64,000 nucleotides of DNA from an uncultured Pelagibacteraceae bacterium. Its GTDB lineage: Bacteria; Pseudomonadota; Alphaproteobacteria; Pelagibacterales; Pelagibacteraceae. The notes beneath the pieces were generated by a model, which saw only the letters and a program-made list of their open reading frames with translations, made no database searches and had not been told where the DNA came from. The DNA lies in NCBI GenBank assembly GCA_902525625.1, contig CABZHM010000001.1, positions 29,130 to 93,129 of the forward strand, given 5' to 3'. The position numbers were made by a program, and so were the translations under genes. This document shows, in pieces, positions 52,217 through 61,535 of the stretch; the first letter of the stretch is position 1; every line of letters begins with the position of its first letter.

Positions 52217-53287
52217 ATGAAAGTTTGTATATTAGGAGATGGATTAATAGGCTTAACGTTGGCACAAACTTTAGTTAAGCAAGGAATATATGTGGATATT
52301 TTTTCTTCAAACAATCCAATAAATCAAAAAAAAACACAAACACTAGGAATTTCAAAATCAAATACTAATTTTTTTAACAAAAATATTCTGAATATACAAA
52401 ATTTATTGTGGGATATAAACAAAATAGAAATCTACAGTGAAAACCTTAATAATGAAAAAATTTTAACTTTTCAGAACCAAAAAGAAAAACTTTTTTCAAT
52501 TGTTAAGAATTATGAATTGTATAATTTACTTAAAAAAAAATTAAAAAAAAACCTTTTATGTATTTTTAAAAAAACAATTAGTTCAAAAGATTTATTGAAA
52601 AGCGATTATAAATTAATAATTAATACTGACTTCTCGAATTCACTTACAAAAAAACTTTTCTACAAGCATTTTAGAAAGGATTACAACAGTATTGCTTATG
52701 CCACGATTATAAAGCATAAAAAATTAGAAAATAACATAGCGACTCAAATTTTCACGTCTAACGGTCCATTAGCTTTTCTCCCACTTTCGAAAACAGAGAC
52801 CTCGATTGTTTTTTCATATAAAGGCAATAAAAAAATAGATCTTAAACAGTGTGTTAAAAAGTATAATAATAGATATGAAATTTTATCATTTAGGGATATA
52901 TCAAGTTTTAAATTAGTATCATCAAATCTTAGGTCATACTTTAATAAAAATGTTTTAGCATTTGGCGATTTATTACATAAAATACATCCATTAGCAGGAC
53001 AAGGTTTTAATATGTCTTTAAGAGATATAAAAGAAATTCTTAAACTTATTATATTGAAGAAAGAAAACGGGTTAGATCTAGATTATTCAATTTGTATTGA
53101 TTTTGAAAAAAAAACAAAACATAAAAACTTTATTTTTTCTAATAGTATCGATTTCATTTATGAGTACTTTAATTTTGAAAACAAAATAAAAAAAAACTAT
53201 CTAAGCAAAGCATTAAAATATTTGGGAAAGAGTCGTAAAATAAACAAAATCTTTACCAATGTTGCTGATAATGGCTTTATATTTTAA
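52217..53287 (+). CDS. UbiH/UbiL-family FAD-dependent hydroxylase (start likely ATG 52217)
   Basis: GDGLIG Rossmann motif, GPLAFLP, GDLLHKIHPLAGQGFNMSLRD. Confidence 0.88.
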   Translation: MKVCILGDGLIGLTLAQTLVKQGIYVDIFSSNNPINQKKTQTLGISKSNTNFFNKNILNIQNLLWDINKIEIYSENLNNEKILTFQNQKEKLFSIVKNYELYNLLKKKLKKNLLCIFKKTISSKDLLKSDYKLIINTDFSNSLTKKLFYKHFRKDYNSIAYATIIKHKKLENNIATQIFTSNGPLAFLPLSKTETSIVFSYKGNKKIDLKQCVKKYNNRYEILSFRDISSFKLVSSNLRSYFNKNVLAFGDLLHKIHPLAGQGFNMSLRDIKEILKLIILKKENGLDLDYSICIDFEKKTKHKNFIFSNSIDFIYEYFNFENKIKKNYLSKALKYLGKSRKINKIFTNVADNGFIF

Positions 53288-53289
53288 AT

Positions 53290-53937
53290 TTATTGGATGG
53301 TTGTATTGTTATAATTATCAAAAGTATATGTTGTTAAGATATCTGCAATTTTAGATTTTCTTGCATCTAAATTTTTAGTTTCAAGTAAAACTTGTTTTTC
53401 CTCTAATGTAAATGGAGACGCCATAGCTAAAGCATTAATGGTTTCGTCTAAACTTTGATTTTCTAAAGTTTTCCAATTTATTATGAATCCTCTCTTCTCA
53501 AAAAGATTTCTTAAGTCTCTGAAGATCAATTCTAGATCAGAAAATTTCAAATCTTCTTCTTTTTTCTCTAAATCATCATAAAATTTGTCAAAACTAATCT
53601 CACATTCTCGATAATTTTTTTTCGAATTAATCTCACTTATGATATTAAATCTTATTACTCCCTTTAGTTCGATTAAATACCTATCATCATCGGTTTTTTG
53701 TAAATCCAAAATTTTACCTAAGCAACCAATTTTATGTAATTCAGGTATATTTTGACTTTCATTTTTAGGTATTTTTGGTTGTATCATGCCTAATAATTTA
53801 TCAGTTTTCATACAATCATTTATCATTTCTATATACCTTGGCTCAAATATATTGAGTGGAACCGTAGTATTAGGAAAAATTATAAAATTACTGAGAGGAA
53901 AAACAGCAATTTTTTTTGGTAAATTCTCTTTTTTCAT
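53290..53937 (-). CDS. Lon peptidase substrate-binding domain protein
   Basis: VFPL..FP...PLNIFEPRYIEM, GMIQP, EKQVLLE. Confidence 0.9.
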   Translation of the reverse strand: MKKENLPKKIAVFPLSNFIIFPNTTVPLNIFEPRYIEMINDCMKTDKLLGMIQPKIPKNESQNIPELHKIGCLGKILDLQKTDDDRYLIELKGVIRFNIISEINSKKNYRECEISFDKFYDDLEKKEEDLKFSDLELIFRDLRNLFEKRGFIINWKTLENQSLDETINALAMASPFTLEEKQVLLETKNLDARKSKIADILTTYTFDNYNNTTIQ

Positions 53938-53966
53938 GATTATAATTATATCATAGTTAATATTGC

Positions 53967-53995
53967 TTGAATAAAAAAATACAGCTTAATATACT
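53967..53995 (+). promoter_or_regulatory. Sigma70 promoter of tRNA-Gly
   Basis: TTGAAT-N17-TATACT, 9 nt upstream of the tRNA. Confidence 0.7.
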
Positions 53996-54004
53996 GTCTC
54001 ATGT

Positions 54005-54079
54005 GCGGGCATAGCTCAGTGGTAGAGCGTCTCGTTGCCAACGAGAAGGTCGAGGGTTCGACCCCCTTTGCCCGCTCCA
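54005..54079 (+). tRNA. tRNA-Gly (GCC)
   Basis: Acceptor stem GCGGGCA/TGCCCGC; D arm AGCTCAGTGGTAGAGC; anticodon stem TCTCG-TTGCCAA-CGAGA; GTTCGA T loop; encoded CCA. Confidence 0.97.
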
Positions 54080-54106
54080 ATTAACATGAAATGTTAGTAA
54101 AAATTT

Positions 54107-54445
54107 ATGAGTGATTTAGCAAATAAAAAATGTATTCCTTGTGAAGGAAATATTCCTCCATTTAATTTTGAGGAAATTCACAATTATCTAAAACAAGTAG
54201 ATGGATGGGAAGTTGTTGAAGACAAAATTGATGGATTTCATTTGATTAAAAATTTTAAATTTGATGACTTTTTACAAAGTCAAGAATTTGTAAATAGTGT
54301 AGGAAAGATTGCAGAAGCAGAGGGACATCATCCAGATTTATGGTTTGGATGGGGTTATGCAAGAATAAAAATTTTTACACATGCCATAAAGGGTTTAGCA
54401 GAAAGTGATTTTATTCTGGCAGCTAAGATAGATAAGATTAGTTAA
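54107..54445 (+). CDS. phhB: Pterin-4-alpha-carbinolamine dehydratase
   Basis: CIPCEG, FKF.DF, AEAEGHHPD, THAIKGL..SDFILAAKID. Confidence 0.92.
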   Translation: MSDLANKKCIPCEGNIPPFNFEEIHNYLKQVDGWEVVEDKIDGFHLIKNFKFDDFLQSQEFVNSVGKIAEAEGHHPDLWFGWGYARIKIFTHAIKGLAESDFILAAKIDKIS

Positions 54446-55990
54446 TTAATGATTAAAATGCCTTGTTTTAGAAAATACTAAAATAGTATTTGTTAGATTG
54501 GCGAATTTAATTATTTCCTTATCATTTTTTGATCCTGACGGTTGAATGACAGCAGAAACTCCAGATTGAATTAATTTTTCAATACCATCAACAAATGGAA
54601 AAAAAGCATCTGATGCTGCAAAAAGTTCCATATTTTTTTTAAAATTTCGAAATTTTTTCATTTTATTAATTGCAATTTGACAACTATCTAACCTACTTGG
54701 TTGTCCTGAACCTATTCCAATAGTTTTGTAATCATTGGTAATTACTATTGCGTTCGATTTAACATTTCGGCAAACATTAAACGCAAAAATTAGTTTATTA
54801 AAAGTTTCATTACTTGGTTTTCGTTTAGACACTACTTTAAAGTCTTTTTTTGATAAATTATTATTATCTAAATTTTGTATTAGAATCGAATTATACTTAC
54901 TTATAAAATTAAGCTTATTTTCACACTTAAATTTAGAAGTATCAATTATCCTTAAATTTCTTTTTTTCTTTAGGAGACTTATTGATTTTTTATCAAAACC
55001 TTTTGCCATTATTATCTCGAAATAAATCTTGTTAACTTCTTTAGCTAAATCTTTATTCATTTTAAAATTACATGAAACAATTCCACCATAAGCGCTAATT
55101 GGATCACTTTCTAAGGCTTCTTTGAATGATTTTATTTTATTTTGATTAATTGAAACTCCACAAGGATTTGTATGTTTTATTATGGTTACGCCTTTATTGT
55201 TTGGTAATAATTTTGTAACATTTAGTGCAGAATAAATATCATTATAATTATTATAGCTTAAGTTTTTTCCACTAAGCTGAACAATATCTTGATCATAATT
55301 TCTAGAGTAAATCGCTGCTTTTTGATGTGGGTTTTCCCCATATCTCACTTGCCTAACCAGTTTACCAGAAAATATACTTTTTTGTGGAAAAGTATTATTT
55401 GATTTCTTGTTAAAATATTTGAAAATGATTGACTCGTAATAAGCAGTCTCCATAAATGCTTCCTCAGCTAGTTTTTCTCTAAAACTTAATTTTGTAAATC
55501 CTTTGTTAATTCTTATTTCATTGATAAACGGTTCGTATTGATTTGGATTACATATAACGACCACATCATTATAATTCTTCGCTGCAGCTCTTACCATGGT
55601 TGGACCTCCAATATCTATATTTTCTATTATTTTGATGTGATTTCTTTTTTTTAATAAAGTATCTTCGAATGGATAAAAGTTGGCAACTATTAGGTCTATA
55701 TTTTCATAATTTTTTTTTTTTATTTCTTTATAATGTTTTTTGTTATGTCTTTTATTTAAAATACCTCCATAAATTTTTGGGTGAAGTGTTTTTACTCTTC
55801 CATCTAAAATTTCAGGTGTGTTAGTAAACTTTGAAAGATCAATACATTTAAATCCAAGTTTTCTAATTTTTTTATAAGTGCCACCAGTACTTATGATCTC
55901 AACCTTATATTTAGAGAGTGTATTTATAAGTGGTTTTAAGTTTTCTTTGTTTGATACTGAAATTAAAGCCCTTCGAATTTTGCGCATCAT
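54446..55990 (-). CDS. purH: Bifunctional AICAR transformylase / IMP cyclohydrolase
   Basis: RALISVS, GRVKTLHP, IDIGGP, RYGENPHQ, KHTNPCG, ASDAFFPF, RHF.H. Confidence 0.98.
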   Translation of the reverse strand: MMRKIRRALISVSNKENLKPLINTLSKYKVEIISTGGTYKKIRKLGFKCIDLSKFTNTPEILDGRVKTLHPKIYGGILNKRHNKKHYKEIKKKNYENIDLIVANFYPFEDTLLKKRNHIKIIENIDIGGPTMVRAAAKNYNDVVVICNPNQYEPFINEIRINKGFTKLSFREKLAEEAFMETAYYESIIFKYFNKKSNNTFPQKSIFSGKLVRQVRYGENPHQKAAIYSRNYDQDIVQLSGKNLSYNNYNDIYSALNVTKLLPNNKGVTIIKHTNPCGVSINQNKIKSFKEALESDPISAYGGIVSCNFKMNKDLAKEVNKIYFEIIMAKGFDKKSISLLKKKRNLRIIDTSKFKCENKLNFISKYNSILIQNLDNNNLSKKDFKVVSKRKPSNETFNKLIFAFNVCRNVKSNAIVITNDYKTIGIGSGQPSRLDSCQIAINKMKKFRNFKKNMELFAASDAFFPFVDGIEKLIQSGVSAVIQPSGSKNDKEIIKFANLTNTILVFSKTRHFNH

Positions 55991-57570
55991 ATTTTACTCA
56001 ATTCCCATTCAATATTGAAATCTTTCTTATTTGCAATTCCTGAGATAAATATATTTTGATTTTCAATATAAGTTTTTTTATTACCGAAATATAAACCATT
56101 ATCAATGTCAATGTTATGATTATTACAAGTAAATCTCCAACCCTCAGCGTCCATTTCGATTAATATTGATTTATGGTCTTGAGTTTTCATTATTTTTGCA
56201 AGAGGATTTAGATGAAATCGTATATCAAATTTAACATTTGTAATTATTTTTTTAGAGTTAAGTCTTTCAATTCCTTTTAATTTATTAATTTTTGGAAAAA
56301 ATTGAATTTCCCTCTCATAAATTAGGTTATATTTTTTTAAAAATCCATCATGTGAAGCTGCTATTTTCCATTCATCTTTTTCAAAGCTTATTTTCTTTAT
56401 GTCAGTTTTTAAACCATCTTTAATTTCAAATTTAGAGTGTGAATTTTTGATAAATTTACAAGATGAATTATCATCAACAACTAAAACGTTGTGTACTGCT
56501 GAAGATCTTGACATTTCTTTGAAGTCAAAATTTTCATCATCATAATAACCTGAATTAGTGAATATTTTTTTCCCATTCGAAACAAATTCAAATGATAGAG
56601 CACCAGCTTGGTATTCATCTGAAAATTTTTTATTTGGTGATGAACCAACATCCATTATTAGATTTGCTTTCTTATCTTTAAAACTCACATAATTTGAAAA
56701 TTCATAATTGCTGTTCTTAAATGAATAACCTAGTCTTTTTAAATAAGTATCGAATTCTTGATTATTAGAATTGTTGTTTCCATTAAATAAAGGGTCAAAT
56801 TTTAAATTTTTCCAAAAAAAGGCATAGGATTGTCCAAGATTAAAAATACTTTCATCAATAAAATTTGGTATTTCTGATTGGGACTCTTTGAACCATTCCC
56901 TTATGAGTATTAGATATTTTAGAAAAAACACAGATGATTTAATATTTCTTGATTTGGGAAAACCATTATTATCAATTGTATATCTGATAATTTTTTTAAG
57001 ATTTTCTAAGCCTTTAATCGTAAAATTTTTTTCATTTTTGTAAGATAAACCCACGAGGATAATTGCTGCAGCACCTCTGATTTTATTATCAAGTTTACTC
57101 TCTTTATCTATTTGGTTTATTAAATGAAATGTTTGTTTATGTATGATTGAACTATAATCTTTTTGGTACTGGTCTCCTGCATTATCATAAGTAAGAACTG
57201 TGTTAGATAACCAAGATATAATTCTTTTTGATGTTACTTCAAAATTCCAATTTTTTGAATTGTATTTATAATTTTTTTCTATCCAATTTTTGATCACTGT
57301 TTGAACAGATTTATTTGATGACTTTAAATCAAGACTAAAAAGCCAATAAAAATTATTTAATTTTTGTAACTGTTTTTGGTTTAATTCTCTATCCGACCAG
57401 AAGTTATTATATGAAAAATTATCAATATTAAATTTTTTTGATTTAATTTTAACTATAGATGATAACAAATATGAGCTTGGTTTATATTCTAATTCATAAA
57501 TTGCCTTAGGTGATATTTTTTTATCGTAAAATATAGAATTTAGATAAACCTGTTTTATAATTTCAAACAT
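55987..57570 (-). CDS. Heparinase II/III-like protein
   Basis: AGALSFE, SAVHNVL, ASHDG, IRFHL motifs; conserved position upstream of purH. Confidence 0.82.
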   Translation of the reverse strand: MFEIIKQVYLNSIFYDKKISPKAIYELEYKPSSYLLSSIVKIKSKKFNIDNFSYNNFWSDRELNQKQLQKLNNFYWLFSLDLKSSNKSVQTVIKNWIEKNYKYNSKNWNFEVTSKRIISWLSNTVLTYDNAGDQYQKDYSSIIHKQTFHLINQIDKESKLDNKIRGAAAIILVGLSYKNEKNFTIKGLENLKKIIRYTIDNNGFPKSRNIKSSVFFLKYLILIREWFKESQSEIPNFIDESIFNLGQSYAFFWKNLKFDPLFNGNNNSNNQEFDTYLKRLGYSFKNSNYEFSNYVSFKDKKANLIMDVGSSPNKKFSDEYQAGALSFEFVSNGKKIFTNSGYYDDENFDFKEMSRSSAVHNVLVVDDNSSCKFIKNSHSKFEIKDGLKTDIKKISFEKDEWKIAASHDGFLKKYNLIYEREIQFFPKINKLKGIERLNSKKIITNVKFDIRFHLNPLAKIMKTQDHKSILIEMDAEGWRFTCNNHNIDIDNGLYFGNKKTYIENQNIFISGIANKKDFNIEWELSKI

Positions 57571-57599
57571 ATTCGAATAAAATCAATTTAGTTTAATAA

Positions 57600-58259
57600 T
57601 TAAATCGATTTTAACAAATCAATATTTTTTTTAATATCTCCATTATTACTTTTAAAAATGGTTGTCCCAGAAACTAAAATATCTACTCCTGACTTTATCG
57701 CTAACTTATAATTTTCAAAATCTATTCCACCATCTATTTCAATCTCAAAACGAAATTTTAATTCTTTTCTAATCTTATTAAGTTTTTCTACTTTTTTTAA
57801 TACTTCAGGCATAAATTTTTGCCCACCAAAACCTGGATTTACACTCATTATTAAAATTAAATCTACTTGATTTAAAAATTTTTCAACAACCTCAACTTTA
57901 GTCTCAGGATTTAATGATATTCCCACTTTCTTTTTTAGTTCCTTAATTTTATTTATAGAGTCTAAAAGATTATCAGTTGCTTCTGGATGTATTGTTATAA
58001 TATCTGCACCAGCGTTGGAATAACTCTCAATATATTTATGAACTGGTGATATCATCAAATGAACATCAAAGGGTAGTGATGAATTCTTTTTTAATGCCTT
58101 GATAACAGGAGGTCCAATAGTCAAATTAGGCACAAAGTGGCCGTCCATAACATCAACGTGTATCATATCTGCACCAGCTTTTTCTAATTTTTTGATTTCA
58201 TTACCTAATTGACTGAAATCTCCAGATAATATTGAAGGTGAAATTTGTATTTTTTTCAT
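57600..58259 (-). CDS. rpe: Ribulose-phosphate 3-epimerase
   Basis: SPSILS, HVDVMDGHFVPN, DVHLM, MSVNPGFGGQ, DGG. Confidence 0.98.
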   Translation of the reverse strand: MKKIQISPSILSGDFSQLGNEIKKLEKAGADMIHVDVMDGHFVPNLTIGPPVIKALKKNSSLPFDVHLMISPVHKYIESYSNAGADIITIHPEATDNLLDSINKIKELKKKVGISLNPETKVEVVEKFLNQVDLILIMSVNPGFGGQKFMPEVLKKVEKLNKIRKELKFRFEIEIDGGIDFENYKLAIKSGVDILVSGTTIFKSNNGDIKKNIDLLKSI

Positions 58260-58285
58260 TATGACAAATTTACTAGTATCAATTT

Positions 58286-58642
58286 TTAAAATTTAATTGA
58301 ATTAAAAAATTGGTAAATTTGTCTCGAAATTTCGCTTTCCAATGGAAATGATAGCATACCCATTATGGAATATCCCAAAATCCAAGGCATTAAATAAAAT
58401 CTTATCATAAAAAAAAACCAAGCAATATAAAGGGGCACGATTGGTTGAATTATAAAGGATGGAGTTATGGGCTTAAATAAATTGATAAGAGGATTAGTAA
58501 ATTTTACGAATACTTTCATGAAAAAAAATTGAGAGTCTTCTTTTTGGAAAATATTCATTGCGACTCTGCCAATTAATGTCCACATTATTACCCCAAGTAT
58601 GTAATCAATAATGTACACCATTGGGTGAAAATTAGCCGACAT
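58286..58642 (-). CDS. Small membrane protein, possibly YggT-like
   Basis: Hydrophobic helices around KFTNPLI...ITP, reminiscent of the YggT T.P motif. Confidence 0.55.
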   Translation of the reverse strand: MSANFHPMVYIIDYILGVIMWTLIGRVAMNIFQKEDSQFFFMKVFVKFTNPLINLFKPITPSFIIQPIVPLYIAWFFFMIRFYLMPWILGYSIMGMLSFPLESEISRQIYQFFNSIKF

Positions 58643-58675
58643 TTGAGAATTTATATTGGAAAAAGAGTTGAATTA

Positions 58676-58701
58676 AAAGGGGCGAAATTAATCGCCCCTT
58701 T
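58676..58701 (-). terminator. Rho-independent terminator of the actP operon
   Basis: AAAGGGGCGA-AATTAA-TCGCCCCTTT hairpin immediately after the symporter stop. Confidence 0.85.
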
Positions 58702-58711
58702 AAATAATTAT

Positions 58712-60526
58712 TTAGTGTTGCTTGCCAAGGATCGATTTACCAGCTGGTACTCGAACCTCATCAACCATTTTTTGCGTTGCAGCGTTAGGTGCTTGTGTCA
58801 TCAAACTGACCACAACCATAGCTACTAAGCTGACAGCTGAACCAAAGATACCAAATGTTAACTGTGTAATACCTAAGAATCCGCTTCCACCTGATCTTAC
58901 CCAAACTAGATAAGCAGCACCGGAAACTAATCCTAAGAACATACCAGCTACAGCACCTTCTTTGTTAGCTCTCTTCCACCATACACCAAGTACTAGTGGG
59001 AAGAATAGTCCTGACATCGCAAAGTCAAAAGCCCAGATTACTGAACCTAAAATACCTTGGATCTCAAGAGCTGCGATTGTTGCTCCTGCAAAACCAATTA
59101 CTACAAGTAATACCCTTGCAACAACTAGTCTCTTCGCAGTCTCAGCTTTCGGATCGATGATCTTATAGTAAACATCGTGTGAGATTGCGTTTGCAATTGC
59201 TAAGATCAAACCATCAGCTGTTGACATGGCAGCAGCCATACCTCCAGCAGCAACCAGACCTGAAATTACATATGGTAATCCAGCTATTTCTGGTGTTGCT
59301 AACACAACGGCCTTACCACCCATGAAAAACTCATTTAACTCGAGAGTTCCATTACCGTTAAAGTCGCTGATAAACATTAGGTTAGCGCTGTTCCAGTTTT
59401 GATACCAATCTATCGCTTGAACTTCTGTAATTGATTTACCAATAATACCGGTTGATAATGTTGGATCCATCAATGACAACTTAGATAGTGTCGCTAACAT
59501 TGGAGCAGAAGAATAGAGCAGGAAGATAAAAAATAAAGACCAACCTACTGATTTTCTAGCAGCTTTTACACTTGGAGTAGTGAAATATCTCATCATCACG
59601 TGAGGCAATGAAGCTGTTCCCATCATCATCGCTAACGCTAATGAAATAAACGCCCAAGGTGTTGCATTAACCGCTGAGTGAGCTTTCGTTATTCCAGCCA
59701 AACCTTTTGGCACTTCTTTTAGATTTTCAGCAGAGTTTTTTACAAAACCAAACTGAGCTTCCAATTCAGCAATTCTTGATACCTCATCAGCTAACATAAA
59801 ATGCGGGAAAAAACCTGCACCTATTTTGTTACTGATCCAGAATACTGGCAATAAGTAAGCTATGATTAATACAATGTATTGTGCGACCTGTGTCCAAGTT
59901 ACTCCTCTCATACCACCTAACATAGAACATAATAAGATACTTATTAGTCCAACATAGACAGCGTATTGGAATGGAATATCAAGTGCAACAGATGCAATAG
60001 TACCTGTAGCGTTAATTTGTGCAGTTACATAAGTAAATGAAGCAACCGTTAAAACGACTACTGCCATAAACCTACTTAGATTACCTCCATATCTTGTACC
60101 AATGAAATCTGGAACTGTGTAACAGCCAAATTTTCTTAAGTATGGTGCTAATAAAGATGCAACTAAAACATATCCACCAGTCCAACCTACAAGAAGTGCC
60201 ATATATCCGTAACCTTTGAAGTAAATACCTCCTGCCATTGCAACGAATGATGCACCAGACATCCAGTCTGCTGCAGTTGCCATTCCGTTGAATACAGTTG
60301 GCACTTGTCTTCCAGCTACGTAATACGCATCAGCTTGAGCTGTACGTGATAGATAACCAATTATAGCATAGATGGCTACTGTAAAAGCAACGAAACAAAT
60401 TCCAATTATTTTTGCAGTTGCGCCCATCTGTTCGGCAATCGACATAATTATTATGAAAGCCAGGAAACCTCCTGTGTAGATTCCATAAACCTTAGGAAGA
60501 TTGTCTATAAAATTACCTTTAATCAT
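58712..60526 (-). CDS. actP: Sodium:solute symporter, ActP-like (acetate/monocarboxylate permease)
   Basis: YYVAGR, GMATAADWMSGASF, GTASLPHVMMRYFT, AAAMSTADG; near acs. Confidence 0.88.
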   Translation of the reverse strand: MIKGNFIDNLPKVYGIYTGGFLAFIIIMSIAEQMGATAKIIGICFVAFTVAIYAIIGYLSRTAQADAYYVAGRQVPTVFNGMATAADWMSGASFVAMAGGIYFKGYGYMALLVGWTGGYVLVASLLAPYLRKFGCYTVPDFIGTRYGGNLSRFMAVVVLTVASFTYVTAQINATGTIASVALDIPFQYAVYVGLISILLCSMLGGMRGVTWTQVAQYIVLIIAYLLPVFWISNKIGAGFFPHFMLADEVSRIAELEAQFGFVKNSAENLKEVPKGLAGITKAHSAVNATPWAFISLALAMMMGTASLPHVMMRYFTTPSVKAARKSVGWSLFFIFLLYSSAPMLATLSKLSLMDPTLSTGIIGKSITEVQAIDWYQNWNSANLMFISDFNGNGTLELNEFFMGGKAVVLATPEIAGLPYVISGLVAAGGMAAAMSTADGLILAIANAISHDVYYKIIDPKAETAKRLVVARVLLVVIGFAGATIAALEIQGILGSVIWAFDFAMSGLFFPLVLGVWWKRANKEGAVAGMFLGLVSGAAYLVWVRSGGSGFLGITQLTFGIFGSAVSLVAMVVVSLMTQAPNAATQKMVDEVRVPAGKSILGKQH

Positions 60527-60786
60527 TAGTCATCTCCTTTTTCACTGAAGCCGAATTCTTCGTCAATTTTTTCTTGTCTATTTGCAAACCAAAAAATTAG
60601 TATTACAAATATTCCAAGAGATCCCTGACATGTGAACCAATAAGTCAATGGATAACCGAATGGTCCCGTGACTTCGTTCATTTCTGCTCCGAAAAGGAAG
60701 ATGCCAATTGAGAATACAAACCAAATTGCTAAAGTCATCATTAGCAAACCCTTGGATTTTTCCCAGTGTTGTTCTTGTTTTGACAT
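60526..60786 (-). CDS. DUF4212-type small subunit of the symporter
   Basis: GYPLTYWFTCQGS, IDEEFG; stop overlaps symporter start; AGAGG RBS. Confidence 0.88.
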   Translation of the reverse strand: MSKQEQHWEKSKGLLMMTLAIWFVFSIGIFLFGAEMNEVTGPFGYPLTYWFTCQGSLGIFVILIFWFANRQEKIDEEFGFSEKGDD

Positions 60787-60911
60787 TTATACCTCTCTCT
60801 TATTAGTTATAACTGCATAAAACCATAACCATTATCAAAGAGATTTAAAGTGTTAAAATTGTTCAAAATCTCTCTATTTTTGGGATATATATAATAAAAA
60901 TATCTAATTTT

Positions 60912-61535
60912 ATGGGTAAATATAAGCTTACTTGGAGAGATCTCACGTGGAGAGATTTTAAAATTTACCTGTTTGCTCTTTTCAAAGCTTTCATCCCAAA
61001 AAAAAAGATTAAAAATCTTGATGATCTTGAAGAATTTATTCAATCTAAGTCAGCTTGGGTAACCCAAGTTACACTTTATGGGTATTTGAAAACTAGAATG
61101 GGAACACGCTATGTTCTACATTTTGAAAATGATGAATTTATGTCATCAGTTAACTTAGCAAAATGGAATATCTATTCAGTAGCCTTACAAGACCTAACTC
61201 TCTATACCTTTTCTTACCTTAAGAATAATTTCAATTTTGATGATTTTGAAAAATCTAAAGAAATTTTTTTAAAAATTTTAGATGATGAAATTACCAACAA
61301 GATGCCCCTTAATATAATAGAAAGTGCAAAAAATAATTTTAGTGATAGGTTACACAATATAAATTGGGATAATTATTACAATGACCTTCCATTTAACCCA
61401 AGTGCATTATCATTATATAAATGGGCACCAATTGCAGAAGAATTAAAAACTTTAGATAGAAAAATTGTTCTAAATTCAGTTATCTTAAAATGGGATACTG
61501 TCAAAAAAGAATTTCAAGAAAGAATAAATTTTTAA
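60912..61535 (+). CDS. Hypothetical protein
   Basis: 207-aa ORF filling the gap between the symporter operon and acs; conserved-looking [17 protein letters not shown] and WAPIAEELK blocks. Confidence 0.75.
   Translation: MGKYKLTWRDLTWRDFKIYLFALFKAFIPKKKIKNLDDLEEFIQSKSAWVTQVTLYGYLKTRMGTRYVLHFENDEFMSSVNLAKWNIYSVALQDLTLYTFSYLKNNFNFDDFEKSKEIFLKILDDEITNKMPLNIIESAKNNFSDRLHNINWDNYYNDLPFNPSALSLYKWAPIAEELKTLDRKIVLNSVILKWDTVKKEFQERINF

Noticed and set aside
54005-54445. tRNA-Gly as an integration site for an island
   Set aside because: No integrase and no duplicated tRNA 3' end seen; flanks are housekeeping-type genes.
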